Assembly (NCBI GenBank): GCA_028826165.1
Contig: JAPDFW010000061.1
Location: 186,001-250,000, forward strand
Source of the DNA: Anaeramoeba ignava BMAN
Lineage: Eukaryota > Protista > Anaeramoebae
Direction: 5' to 3'
Length of the DNA: 64,000 nucleotides
Below are positions 1-12,451 of this stretch, one piece after another. Positions within the stretch are counted from its first letter, which is position 1, and each line of letters opens with the position of its first letter. Both the position numbers and the translations under genes were made by a program. The notes below the pieces were generated by a model, which did no database searches, had not been told where the DNA came from, and worked only from the letters and a program-made list of their open reading frames with translations.

Positions 1-1634
1 ATTCACTATAATCTGTAACTTTATTAGATTTATCTTCAGTTACAGATAAAAACATTCCTCGATATAATTCACTTCTCATTATTAATATTAATTTATGAAA
101 TTTGTATTGTTTTTCTTTTCTTTCAATTATAAAATCTTTTTCATTTTCATTTTCATTTAAATAAATTCTTTTCATTGTTTCTTCAATTTTTTCATTTGAA
201 TTTATAATTTCTTTAATTTCAGAATATAATTTTGGATTTATTTTTGAATTGTTTGAATAAATCATTTCAAATATTTGATTTGATTCTTTAATTGATTTTT
301 TTGAAATAATTTCTTTAAGTTTTTCAATTTGATTTTGATTTTGATTTAATCTATATTTCAATATTAATTTATGAGCTTCAATTATTTCTCTATTTTCTGT
401 TTTAAATGAAATATCACAAAATTCTTTTCTTCTAAATAATTTTATCAAATCTTCTTCAAGATTGGAAAAAGGAGAAAGAGAAGGAGAATAATAAAGAAAT
501 GATTTGTTAAATCCACAAGAAAGATGATAATTGTAAATATTTTCATTAAATCTTAATTTAGGAAGTTCAATTTGAATTGGAATTAATTGATTATTTGTAT
601 CTCCAGTTCCTAATTGACCATGTTCATTATTCCCAAATATTATTAATTTTGAATTGGATGTTAAAATCAAATTATGCTCATTTCCAACAGAAAAATCAAG
701 AATATTTTCATTTTCAAATAAAGATGATTTGATTTCAGTAAATTCATTAGTATCTTCATCTTCACCTTTGCCAAGTCCATTATATCTCCAATCTCCACAT
801 GAATAAAATTTTCTTTTTGGATTTTCATCTTCATCTTCATCTTCATTTTCATTTTCAATCAACATGATTGAATGATTAAATCCACCTTGAATATCAATTA
901 TTTTGCCTTTTGGAATATTTTTGAATTTGGTTAATTTGTAAACTTTTGCTTCTGTTTTTGATTTTTGTAGTCCAAGTTGACCATGATAATTATATCCGCA
1001 TCCAAATAATTCTTGATTTGAATTTAAAAGAAAAATACAATCTGAAGAATTTCCTGAAAATATTTTAGAAATATTTTTCATCATTGAAATTGGTTTTTCT
1101 GTTTTATTAAGTGTATCATGACTAAAACCAAGTTGACCCCAACCATTTGAACCAATTCCATAAACATTTATGATTTGAAGTTAATAAGTAAATTGAACTG
1201 TATCCAGAAACAATATCTTGAATTATTCTATCATTTGTATCTTCAATTAATGATGAAATATTGATAAATTCATTTGGATTATTTGGATTAATATTTCTTC
1301 CTTTGGCAAATAAATTTCCTTCTATTGTTAAAATAGCTTCATTAAAATAACCAACAGTTACTTTTTGAATATTTTCAATTTGAATTTTTGAAGGATTTTG
1401 TTTTGAATATCTTGAATATTCTATTGCTTTTCCATTTTTGAAAAGGAAAATTGTTGAAAAATTTCCTGATGAAATTTGTTTAATTTGATTTTCATTTTCA
1501 TTTTCATTTTCATTTTCATTTTCATTTTCATTTTCATTTTCAAATTTAAATTGAATTGGTTTTTTTATTTCTTTTGGTTCATTTTTGATAAGAGTTGGAT
1601 ATTCATTTAAACCAAAAAATAAACAATCATTCAT
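1..1634 (-). pseudogene. RCC1-repeat + BTB protein, frameshifted copy, 3' end outside window
   Basis: Close paralogue of 2072-3853. ORF 1122..1634 matches its N-terminus, then shifts by +1 near 1168 (LTSNHK/CLW instead of LTSNQNAYG). Homologous sequence continues to position 1. May be a sequencing indel rather than a true pseudogene. Confidence 0.75.
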
Positions 1635-1671
1635 TTTTAAAAAATGAAAAAAATGAAAAATGATTTTTGGA

Positions 1672-2071
1672 ATTTTAATTTTTATTTTAATTTTAATTTT
1701 AATTTTAATTTTTATTTTAATTTTAATTTTAATTTTAATTTTAATTTTAATTTTAATTTTAATTTTAATTTTGATTTTAATTTTAATTTTAATTTTAATT
1801 TTAATTTTAATTTGAATTTTAATTTGAATTTTAATTTTAATTTTAATTTTAATTATGATTTTAATTTTAATTTTAATTTTAATTTTAATTTTAATTTTAA
1901 TTTTAATTTTAATTTTAATTTTAATTTTAATTTTGATTTTAATTTTGATTTTAATTTTAATTTTAATTTTGATTTTAATTTTAATTTTGATTTTAATTTT
2001 AATTTTAATTTAAATTTTAATTTTGAATTTTAGTTTTAATTTTAATTTTAATTTTAATTTTAATTTTGATT
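1672..2071. repeat. (TTTTAA)n / (TTTTGA)n hexamer microsatellite
   Basis: Direct reading; fills the spacer between the two RCC1-BTB genes. Confidence 0.95.
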
Positions 2072-3853
2072 TTAATTTTGATTATTAAATTTGTTAATTA
2101 ATAAATCAAATAAATTTGGATTTGTTTGATTTAATTGAAAATAATCAATTCCAGTTTCTAATTCATCAATTATTTCTTGAGTAATTTGAATTTCATCTTT
2201 AATTTGATTTGAATAAATCCAATATTCAAATATTTGAAATGATTTATTACTTAATTCACTATAATCTGTAACTTTATTAGATTTATCTTCTGTAACAGAT
2301 AAAAACATTCCTCGATATAATTCACTTCTCATTATTAATATTAATTTAGGAAATTTATATTGTTTTTCTTTTCTTTCAATAATAAAATCTTTTTCATTTT
2401 CATTTAAATAAATTCTTTTCATTGTTTCTTCTATTTTTTCATTTAAATTTATAATTTCTTTAATTTCAGAATATAATTTTGGATTTATAATTCTGTTTGA
2501 ATAAATCATTTCAAATATTTGATTTGATTCTTGAATTGATTTTTTTGAAATAATTTCTTTAAGTTTTTCAATTTGATTTTGATTTTGATTTAATCTATAT
2601 TTCAATATTAATTTATGAGCTTCAATTATTTCTCCATTTTTGGTTTTAAATGAAATATTACAAAATCCTTTTCTTCTAAGTAGTTTTATCAAATCTTCTT
2701 CAAGATTGGAAAAAGGAGAAAGAGAAGGAGAATAATAAAGAAATGATTTGTTAAATCCACAAGAAATATGATAATTAGAAATATTTTCATTAAATCTTAA
2801 TTTAGGGAGTTCAATTTGAATTGGAATAAATTGATTATTTGTATCTCCAGTTCCTAATTGACCAAATTCATTATCTCCAAATATTATTAATTTTGAATTG
2901 GAAGTTAAAATCAAATTATGAGTATTTCCAACAGAAAAATCAAGAATATCATCATCATTTTCAAATAAAGATGATTTGATTTCAGTAAATTCATGAGTAT
3001 CTTCATGTTTGCCAAGTCCATTATATTGATAATCTCCACATGAATAAAGTTTTCTTTTTGGATTTTCATTTTGATCTTCATTTTCAATCAACATGATTGA
3101 ATGATTAAATCCACCTTGAATATCAATTATTTTACCTTTTGGAATATTTTGGATTTTGGTTAATTTTTGGATTTCTGTTTCTTTTATTGATTCTCCTAAT
3201 CCAAGTTGACCAGAATAATTATATCCGCATCCAAATAATTCTTGATTTGAATTTAAAAGAAAAATGCAATTTGAAGAATTTCCTGAAAATATTTTAGAAA
3301 CATTTTTCATCATTAAAATTGGTTTTTCTGTTTTTGGAAGTGTTTCAGAATCAAAACCAAGTTGACCAAAATAATTATCACCAATTCCATAAGCATTTTG
3401 ATTTGAAGTTAATAAGTAAATTGAACTATATATAGAAACAACATCTCGGACTATTCTATCATTTTTATCTTCAATTAATGATGAAATATTGATAAATTCA
3501 TTTGGATTTCTTGGATTAATATCATATCCTTTTGCAAATACATTTCCTTCTGTTGTTAAAATAGTTTCATTTGAAAAACCAACAGTTACTTTTTGAATAT
3601 CTTCTTCAATTTGGATTTTTTCAGGATTTTGATTTGAATCATTTTCTTTTAAATATTCTATTGCTTTTCCATTTTCAAAAAGGAAAATTGTTGAAAATAA
3701 ACCTGAAGAAATTTGTTTAATTTGTTTTTCATTTTCATTTTCATTTTCATTTTCATTTTCAAATTTAAATTGAATTGGTTTTGTTATTTCATCTGGTTCA
3801 TTTTTTAAAAATTTTGGATATTGATTTCTTCCAAAAAATATACTTTCATTCAT
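2072..3853 (-). CDS. RCC1/BLIP-II repeat protein with C-terminal BTB/POZ-like region (593 aa)
   Basis: RCC1 motifs (GDNYFGQLG, CGYNYSGQLGLG, GGFNHS, GDNEFGQLGTGD). BTB-like motifs (CNISF..IEAHKLIL; DFII..FPKLILIMRSELYRGMF..FEYWIYSN). Single uninterrupted ORF. Confidence 0.9.
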   Translation of the reverse strand: MNESIFFGRNQYPKFLKNEPDEITKPIQFKFENENENENENEKQIKQISSGLFSTIFLFENGKAIEYLKENDSNQNPEKIQIEEDIQKVTVGFSNETILTTEGNVFAKGYDINPRNPNEFINISSLIEDKNDRIVRDVVSIYSSIYLLTSNQNAYGIGDNYFGQLGFDSETLPKTEKPILMMKNVSKIFSGNSSNCIFLLNSNQELFGCGYNYSGQLGLGESIKETEIQKLTKIQNIPKGKIIDIQGGFNHSIMLIENEDQNENPKRKLYSCGDYQYNGLGKHEDTHEFTEIKSSLFENDDDILDFSVGNTHNLILTSNSKLIIFGDNEFGQLGTGDTNNQFIPIQIELPKLRFNENISNYHISCGFNKSFLYYSPSLSPFSNLEEDLIKLLRRKGFCNISFKTKNGEIIEAHKLILKYRLNQNQNQIEKLKEIISKKSIQESNQIFEMIYSNRIINPKLYSEIKEIINLNEKIEETMKRIYLNENEKDFIIERKEKQYKFPKLILIMRSELYRGMFLSVTEDKSNKVTDYSELSNKSFQIFEYWIYSNQIKDEIQITQEIIDELETGIDYFQLNQTNPNLFDLLINKFNNQN

Positions 3854-3990
3854 TTTTGAAATGAAAAAAATGAAAAAAAATGATTTTTGGAATTTTAATT
3901 TTTATTGTCTTGTTAATGAAAAAAAACAAAAATCCTTTTTTTCCTTTTTCCTTTTTTTTTTTCATTTTTTTTTCCTTTTTTTTTAACAAA

Positions 3991-6949
3991 ATGAGTTTTT
4001 GTTCATTTTGCAAAAAACAACAAACAAACGGACATTATTGCTCACAAAATGGTCCATTTATTTGTTTTAAATGTCTTATTGCAACAAATACAAGCAATAA
4101 AAACTTTTCTTGTCCAATTTGCAAAAAACTAATAAACCTTACTTCTCTTATTGAAAATGTAAAAACAAAAGCAAAAAACAAAATAACAAAATAACACTTT
4201 TTTTTTGAATAATTTCTCTTTCTTTCTTTCTTTTTATTAAATCCAAATTCAAATTAAAAAATAAAATTAAAATCAAAATCAAAATTAAAATTAAAATTAA
4301 AATTAAAATTAAAATTAAAATTAAAATTCAAATTAAAATCAAAATTAAAAATTAAAATTAAAATCAAAATTTAAATTAAAATCAAAATTAAAAATCAAAA
4401 TCAAAATCAAAATTAAAATTAAAATTAAAATCAAAAATTAAAATTAAAATTAAAATTAAAATTAAAATTAAAATTAAAATTAAAATTAAAATCAAAATTA
4501 AAATTAAAATTAAAATTAAAATTAAAATTAAAATCAAAATTAAAATCAAAATTAAAATTAAAATTAATATTAAAATTAAATTTAAAATTAAAATTAAAAT
4601 TAAAATTAAAAATTAAAATCAAAATCAAAATTAAAATCAAAATTAAAATTAAAATTAATATTAAAATTAAAATCAAAAATTAAAATCAAAACCAAAATTA
4701 AAATCAAAATTAAAATCAAAATTAAAATTAAAATTAAAATTAAAATTAAAATTAAAATTAAAAATTAAAATTAAAATTAAATAAATAGCAACAAAATGAG
4801 GATTCAAGAATGTGTTCTTTTTTACAAAAAGGATGGTGTAATTCTTTTCAACATTATAAAGCAAGTGATAAAACACAGCATCCACCAGATCGGATAGTAT
4901 GTCCTAAATTTTATAAAGGGGAATCATGTTATTTATCTAATTGTCCATATGCTCATCCAAGAGCTGAAGATTTTTTGGAATGGAGAAATAAAATTTTAAG
5001 TCAAAATCTTGGTGTTAGAGATGAGAAAAAAACTAATTGTTTTTTCCTTGATCAAAGAAAACAAACCCAGAGCAAAAGTAAGAAAAATCAAAATTAAAAA
5101 TTAAAATCAAAATTAAAATTAAAATCAATATCAAAATTTAATTCAAAATAAAATTTCAATTCAAAATTTAATTCAAAATTCAAAATTCAAAATTAAAATT
5201 CAAAATCAAAAATTAAAATTAAAATTAAAATCAAAATCAAAAATCAAAATCAAAATCAAAATCAAAATCAAATTAAAATTCAAAAAAACTAAAAATTAAA
5301 ATAAAAATCAAAATTAAAATTAAAATAAAAATCAAAATATAAAAAATCAAAATCCAAAATTTTTTTATTAAAAATAGAATGCAAAAATGATACTTCTTTC
5401 ACTTATATTTCTTCCAAACGTTGTGAAGATAAAATGTGTCCATATGAACATAAAAATTTTCCTTTTGAACTAAAATCAAAAATGGATGATTATATTATTA
5501 AATATTTAAATCCCAATCAAAACGATTCAAATCAAAATGATCAATATTTTAGTCAATTTTCTAATAAAAATCAAAAACCAAAACAAAATTTATTTTCTCA
5601 AGGAGATCAAATTTCCAATCAATATATCTTTCAAGATCAAAGCACAAATCAAATGTCAAATCAAATGTCAAATCAAAATCATAAACCAAGAGTATCACTC
5701 GATAAAGATTTATTTATTCAACCAAGATCAAGAAGTTCAAAAGATTTAATTCAAAAAAATCTGGTTTATGGTGCAAAACAATATCGGAAACAATTTCAAG
5801 AAAATATTTCCACTCATTTTCAAAGCAATAATCAACAAAATTTCAATTCAAAACTCTATTCAAATCTAAATTCAAATCTCTATCCAAATATGAATTCAAA
5901 TTCAAATCAAATTCAAATTCAAAATCAAAATCAAAATCAAAACTCAAATCGATATCAAATGAAAATTGAAAATTCAACAAAAAATAGAAATCAAAATCAA
6001 AATCCAATTCAAAATCAAAATCAAAATCAAAATCCAAATCAAAATCCAAAATCAAAATTCAAATCAAGCACAAATGTATTCAAAATCCACATCTGAATCT
6101 GAATCTGACACAGATTCAAAAAAAAATCGAATTCCAATTCAAAATCAAAATCCACATTCAAATTCACAGTCAGATTCAGATTCGGATTCAGACTCAGATT
6201 CAGATTCAGATTCAGATTCAGATTCAGATCCAGATTCAGATCCAAATTCAAATTCAGATCCAAATTCAAATTCAAAATTAAATTCAAAATCAAAATCAAA
6301 TTCAAATTCAAAACCACAATCATATCCAAAGCCTCATTCAAAATCACCCTTAAATTCAAAACAAAATCCAATTCAAAATCCAATTCAAAATCCAATTCAA
6401 AATCCAATTCAAAATTCAATTCAAAATCCAATTCAAAATCAAAACCAAAATCCAATTCAAAATCAAATTCAAAATTCAACTTCTTATTCATTTAAACAAG
6501 CAACCGAAATTGAAGAATTATTCATTCGGCATTTATGGGAACAAAACACAAACATGCAATCAAAACAAATCATCTTAATTCAAATTATTGAAAATCGTGA
6601 GTTTAAATACAAATCTTTAGCAAAAATTGAGAAAATTAAAAAAACAGAAAAATTTCAAACGAATCTTTTTGGATTTTATGGAGCAAAATCAAACGAAATT
6701 AAAGAAATTTGCGAAAATGGATTTTCTTTTCAAAAAAAAAACCCAAAAAAAAATTTGCATTTTTATTTGAATTCTTCTTCTTCTATCAAAAATTGTGATA
6801 ATTCAAAAACTGTTGTTTTATGCCAATTATCTGTTTTTCAGAATGATTTACCATCTATTTCAACTTCTCATCACATTTCAACTTCTCATCACATTTCCGT
6901 TTCAAATCCTTTCAAACTTCGTCCTTTAGGTTTAATTACTTTTAATTAA
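3991..6949 (+). CDS. ZF-array gene 1: RING-like + CCHH/CCCH zinc fingers + low-complexity linker + degenerate PARP-like domain
   Basis: Exons 3991-4158, 4789-5077, 5378-6949 with GT-AG introns (phase 0, phase 1) joining in frame. One +1 shift near 6046-6051. C-terminus has FGFYGAKSNEIKEICENGF..LHFYLNSS..VVLCQL..LRPLGLITF. Confidence 0.8.
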
Positions 6950-7170
6950 AATTTTCTTTTATTTTTTTTTTTAATTTCAATTCAAACAAGAAAAAGAAAA
7001 AATAAAAGAATTAAAAAGAATTAAAAAGAATTAAAAAAAGAAATAAAAAAAAGAAAAAGAAATAAAAAAAAGAAAAAGAAATAAAAAAAGGAAAAAGGAG
7101 ACACTTTTTTTAATAATTTTTTTTTCCTTTTTTTTTTCCTTTCATTTTTTATTTTTATTTTTATTTTTAA

Positions 7171-9280
7171 ATGTTTCAACGATTTAAGCCACCTCAACCA
7201 AATCGAAATCAAAATAGAGACAGGAGACGATCAATTCAAAACAATCAAAATCAAAACAATCAAATTAGAAAACAAGATTTTGGCTTTCAAGAAGTTCAAT
7301 TTTTTGATTCTCTTTATTCAAGTTGGGAAACATATTATGGTTTTGAAAATGCTCAAATTACACTTTATATACAAAGATCTGAAATGAAAATTGAATGCAA
7401 AACAGAAACTGTAATTTAATTTAATTTAATTTAATTTTTCCCCTTTTTCTAATTTCAAAAAATAAAAGCAACAAAATCCTTTAAATTTCACAATTAAAAG
7501 CGGAACTACTCATGAATTAAATGGAATAAGATATTCAGGACAACCTTCTTATGTTGAATGGAATGATGGAAATGATAAATTTCGAATTAAATTTCATGAT
7601 TATTTTTATGCCAAATCACTTGATGATGAAATTGAACATTTAGGAAATCAAAGAAGAAGACAAACAATTGAAATGTCACAAATTGATATAACAAGGATGA
7701 TTTTAATTGATTCGATGAAAGGAAGATATTTACTTAATGGAAAGGAAAAAATTGCCCAAGCAAGAATTTTGGGAGAAAACCTTATAATAACTATTCTTCA
7801 TGTAGCTCAACAAACTAAATTTACATTTACTGGAGATCAAATGATTGAAATTGCTGATAATCATATTAGTTTCGAAGATGGAACACATTTTAATTTTTCT
7901 GAAAAAAATGAAGATTTTAAAATTTCGGTTCGAAATTCATGTTCCAAACAATCAGAAGAAAACGAAACCAAAAATATGACTATTGAATTTTTAAAAGTAG
8001 GATGTGATTATAATGATTTTGAACTTGAAGAGCAGTTTGAGATGGATTCTTTCCATATTTACTCAGAAAAAGATGTTGGATTTACAATCAATGAAACAAA
8101 TTATTTTCCACCTATTGGATGGATAAGATTGAAAATGAGAAATCAAGGAAATAAGGATGTGAGTAAATGGTCGTATGGATATCATGGAACAAAACACCAA
8201 AACACGAAATCAATTGTGCAAAATGGGTTAGTTATTCCTGGAAATAAAACACAAGATGGAACAATTGTTGAAATTGTAAAAGGACATATTCCAAATCAAA
8301 AGCATATTTATGCCTCTCAATCGTATCTTTATGCTTCTCATCCAATTTATGCTTTACCTGTGCTCTTTGAATACAACGATAAAACCTATTATGTTCGAGT
8401 AATGTTTCAAATAAGAGTTGATAAAGTGAATATAACTCAAGAACAAACAATAGGATGGCCAGATAATGTCCCTCTTGATACTCAAGTCCCGAATGATTCC
8501 CTTGAATGGATTATTTTCTCTTCAGATCAAATTGTTCCTTATGGATTGCTCATCAAATTTGATGAAGAAAATCCCGATGAAATTTTCCAAAAAATCAAGG
8601 AAAATCGGTTGGAAAAACACAATTGGAGCCATAGAACAACAGTAAAGGAAACTGAAGAGAATATTAATTTGAATAAAGAAGCGCCAAAAGAGCAAAAAAA
8701 GAAAATTCTTTGGGTTGATGACGAACCCGAAAATAATGAAGGTATAATTGAAGTGGCAAGAAAAGTAGGATTAGAAATCACAACCGTTATTGATACAAAC
8801 ACAGCAATTTTAAAGTATCAAAGAAATCCAGCAAAATGGTTTCTGATCATCAGCGACATGCGCAGATTCGAAGTTAGATCGGGACATCCCAATGAAAAAA
8901 GAGAATACATAACTGCAGGATTAACACTTACTGAATTAATCAGAAAAATCAATAAAGATGTTCCCATTTGGATTTATTCACAATACACTCGAGCTCATCC
9001 CCATTATCATTCTATTTGCTTCCACAAAGGTGTTTCAGAAGTCGTTAATGTTTCCAGAATTTTGACACATTTTTTCCCTTATGACCCCATTTATCAAAGC
9101 AATGATTATCCCTCAGTTCAAGGTTTAGAGGATTTCCAAGATTCTTCAAATGAATTTTTAGATGTTGAATATGGTCAAATTTTCAAAGTTATTATTCCTT
9201 TCGAAAATTCGTGTTTTGTTGCTGATAATGATAATAAAACAACTGGATTTGTTCTAAATAAATTAATTCAGCTCTTATAA
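7171..9280 (+). CDS. ADP-ribosyltransferase (PARP/NEURL4-like) + response-regulator receiver + SH3-like protein (~683 aa)
   Basis: Exons 7171-7410 and 7469-9280 (58-nt GT-AG intron, in frame). ART motifs YHGT..SIVQNGL..IYASQSYLYA..FQIRV..LEWI..IVPYGLLI (~8100-8560). Receiver ILWVDDEPENN..IISDMRR..AGLTL..PIWIYS (~8700-9060). SH3-like GLEDFQ..FLDVEYGQIF..GFVL (~9105-9277). Confidence 0.85.
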
Positions 9281-9424
9281 TCAAAAAAAAAACCAATTCA
9301 AAACAAATTCCACTTTTCAATTTAATTTTCCAATTTCAAAAAAGAAAAGAAACTTTTTTTAATTTTAAGAAAATAAAGTGGAATTTTTATTTTTCCTTTT
9401 TTATTTTTCATTTTTTTTTCAAAA

Positions 9425-12093
9425 ATGGTTGATGTTAAAGAAGCTTTAAAAAGTTTAGAAAAAACCAAAGAATTTGTGAAAAAATATCAAGTTGATTATG
9501 CATTACCTGTATATTAAAAAAAAACACACAAAAAAACAATTTTTTTATTTAAATTAGCAAATTATTTAAATAGGATGTAAATTAAGAATTTTTTTTCCTC
9601 TTTTTTATTAATTGGATTTATTTATTTTCTCTTTAGGATCCATCTCCTCTTTATCAAGCAATAAGCGATTCAGACCATTATGAACAGAAAAAAGAAATTA
9701 TTAAATACCTTCTCAAGAAACATGCAAACGTTAATTTTATACATGTATAAAAACTATTTTAAAAATAAGAAATCAATTAATTTTTAACAAAATATTAACA
9801 AAATAAAAAAATTTATAATTTTAGTCCGATGTAGTTATTTAGATTTTTAAATAATGTTTAAAAGTGAATTGTTAATTGTTAATTTTTAATTCTTTTTCAT
9901 TTACATTTTTTTAGTCTGTATTTTTGCTTAAATAAAATCTTTTTTTTTTAATGATTTGATTCAAAAAAATTCAAAATATCGAATATATTTCATTTATTTA
10001 ATTAAAATAGAAAGATACACCTTTGCATTTAGCAGTTGAAGATCAAAATGAGGAATTGGTTGATTTACTTTTACAATACAACCCAGATCCAACTATTAGA
10101 AATGTATAAATTATTGAATTAAATTATTGAATTAAGTTATTGAATTAAATTTTTGAATTAAATAGCAAGTAAAAATAAATATAAAGTTAAATTCAAAGAA
10201 AATTCAAACAATTAATTATTTTGATATTAATTTTTATAGGATGGTCAAATTCCACTCCATTTAGCAGATGAAAATTATTTCATTTTCAAAAAATTAATAA
10301 GATATATGCTCAAAAATCACAAAGAGGCAATATACACTAAAGATGTATTTAATCAACCAAAAATATTTGAAAAACAAATTTCAGTTTAATCGATAAATCA
10401 AAAAAAATATTTTAGAATGTAAATTTTTTACTTAATTAATTGATTAATTAATGATTAAATTTTTTTATATAAATTGAAATTATAGGATGTAAATTTTGTT
10501 TCCATTTTAAAAAAACATTTTGATTTTAAATTCCTTTATACTTTAAATCATTTTAGGATGAAACACCTTTTTATAATTTAGAAAAAAATCAGAAAAAAGA
10601 AATTGAAGAAATAATAAAACGTAAATTAATTAATTTCAATACCTAATTTTTTTCTATTAAACGGTAACTAAATTTTTATTTTATTTATTTAGAAGAGGAA
10701 AGTAAATCAAAAGATAATAAAAAAGATTCTGGAAACAAAAAATTTATTCCAAAATCAATAACAGAATCAACAGCAGAATCAACAACAGAATCAACAACAG
10801 AATCAACAACAGAATCAACAACAGAATCAACATCAAGTGATACAGATCAAAAAGAAAAAGCAAAACAAAAAGAAAAAGCAAAACAAAAAGAAAAAGCAAA
10901 ACAAAAAGAAAAATCAGATTCAAATTCAGATTCAGATTCAGATTCAGAATTAGATCAAAATCAAAATCAAAATCAAAATCAAAATCGAAACCAAATTCAA
11001 AATCAAGATTCAAATTCAAAAATTCAACAAATTATAAACCAAAATCAAAAAGAAAATCAAAATAAAATATTTGAAGGATATAAATCTCTTTTAAATTCAA
11101 ATACTTTTTATGATTTTAAAATTATAATTGATTCTAATAATACAGAAATTAAATGTCATAAAGCAATTCTTTATTCTCAACTTCAATTCTTCAAAAATTA
11201 TTTTAAAGAACAAAATTCAAATGAATTTCATTTTGAAATAGAAAATGAAAAAGATGTGAAAGAAGTTATCAATTTTATTTATACAAATCAAATTAATTTA
11301 AATTTAAATAATCTAATTGAAATTTGGTTTATTTCACAAAAATTAGAATATGAATTATTAATTAATTTAACTGAAAAAATCATTTTAAATCAAATTAATG
11401 AAAATTTAATTTTAGAAAGTTTAATCAAAAGTGAAAAACTTCAAAGAAACAAAATTAACAAAAATTTTAAAGAATTTATTCAAAAAAACTTTCAAAAAAT
11501 AATTTTAAGTGATAAAATATTTGAATTATCAATTCATAAAATTGAAGAATTAATTGAAATTGGAATTGAAAATCAACAACCAACATTTGAATTACTTTCT
11601 TTATTAACAAATTTTTCAAATAGATATGAAAATTTCCAAATACAAAAACAAAATCAAAATCAAAATCAAAATCAAATTCAAAATCAAAATCAAAATCAAA
11701 AATCAAAATAAAAAGAAAACAAAAATCAAAATTCAAAATCAAAATCAAAATCAAATTTCAAAAGAATTACCAATTTTAAATCAATTTAGTTCTTTTTTGA
11801 CAAATATTGAAAATATATTATCAATCCAACAAAAACAAGAACTCAAAAATTCACCAAATAAATTCATTAATTTTATTTCCCAAACACATCAAGAAGTTGA
11901 AAAATCAAAACAAACAACAATTTCCACAATTTTATCAAAATCAAAACGAAAATCAAAATCAAATTCAAATTCAAAATCAAAACCACAATCAAAATCAAAA
12001 CCACAATCAAAGTCAAATTCAAAGTCAAATTCAAATTCCGTTTCAAATTCAAATTCAGATTCAGATTCAGATTCAGATTCAGATTCAGATTAA
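9425..12093 (+). CDS. Ankyrin-repeat + BTB protein, 12 predicted exons including six micro-exons
   Basis: Exons 9425-9508, 9574-9576, 9637-9744, 9825-9830, 9915-9917, 10011-10103, 10166-10168, 10240-10344, 10416-10418, 10486-10488, 10557-10620, 10693-~12093. Ankyrin motifs SPLYQA, TPLHLA, IPLHLA, TPFY. BTB motif DFKII..IKCHKAILYSQ..VINFIYT. One +1 shift near 11700. Confidence 0.8.
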
Positions 12094-12451
12094 GATTAAG
12101 ATTAAGATTAAGATTAAGATCCAAAACCCAAATCAAATTCAAAATATAAATCAAAAGCAAAAGCAAAATCAAAATCAAAATCAAAATCAAAATCAAAATC
12201 AAAATCAAAATCAAAATCAAAATCAAAATCAAAATTAAAATCAAAATCAAAATCAAAATCAAAATCAAAATCAGAAACAGAAACAGATTAAACTTCAACC
12301 ACAACTTCAGATTAATTTTCATTTTAATTCTCAATTTAATAAAAAGAATAAAAAGTGGAATTTTCTTGTTTTTGTTTTTTTCCTTTTTTTTTTTAATTTT
12401 CTTTATTCATTTTTATTTTTTTTTCTTTCATTTTTTTCCGTTTTTTCAAGA

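Noticed and set aside
1672-2071. Telomeric repeat
   Set aside because: Internal, lacks G-rich telomere character and matches the hexamer family seen throughout the window.
3880-3990. Hydrophobic N-terminal extensions in the ORF track (also 15194-15316), suggesting signal peptides
   Set aside because: They are T-rich promoter/UTR sequence; paralogue alignment places the starts at 3991 and 15317.
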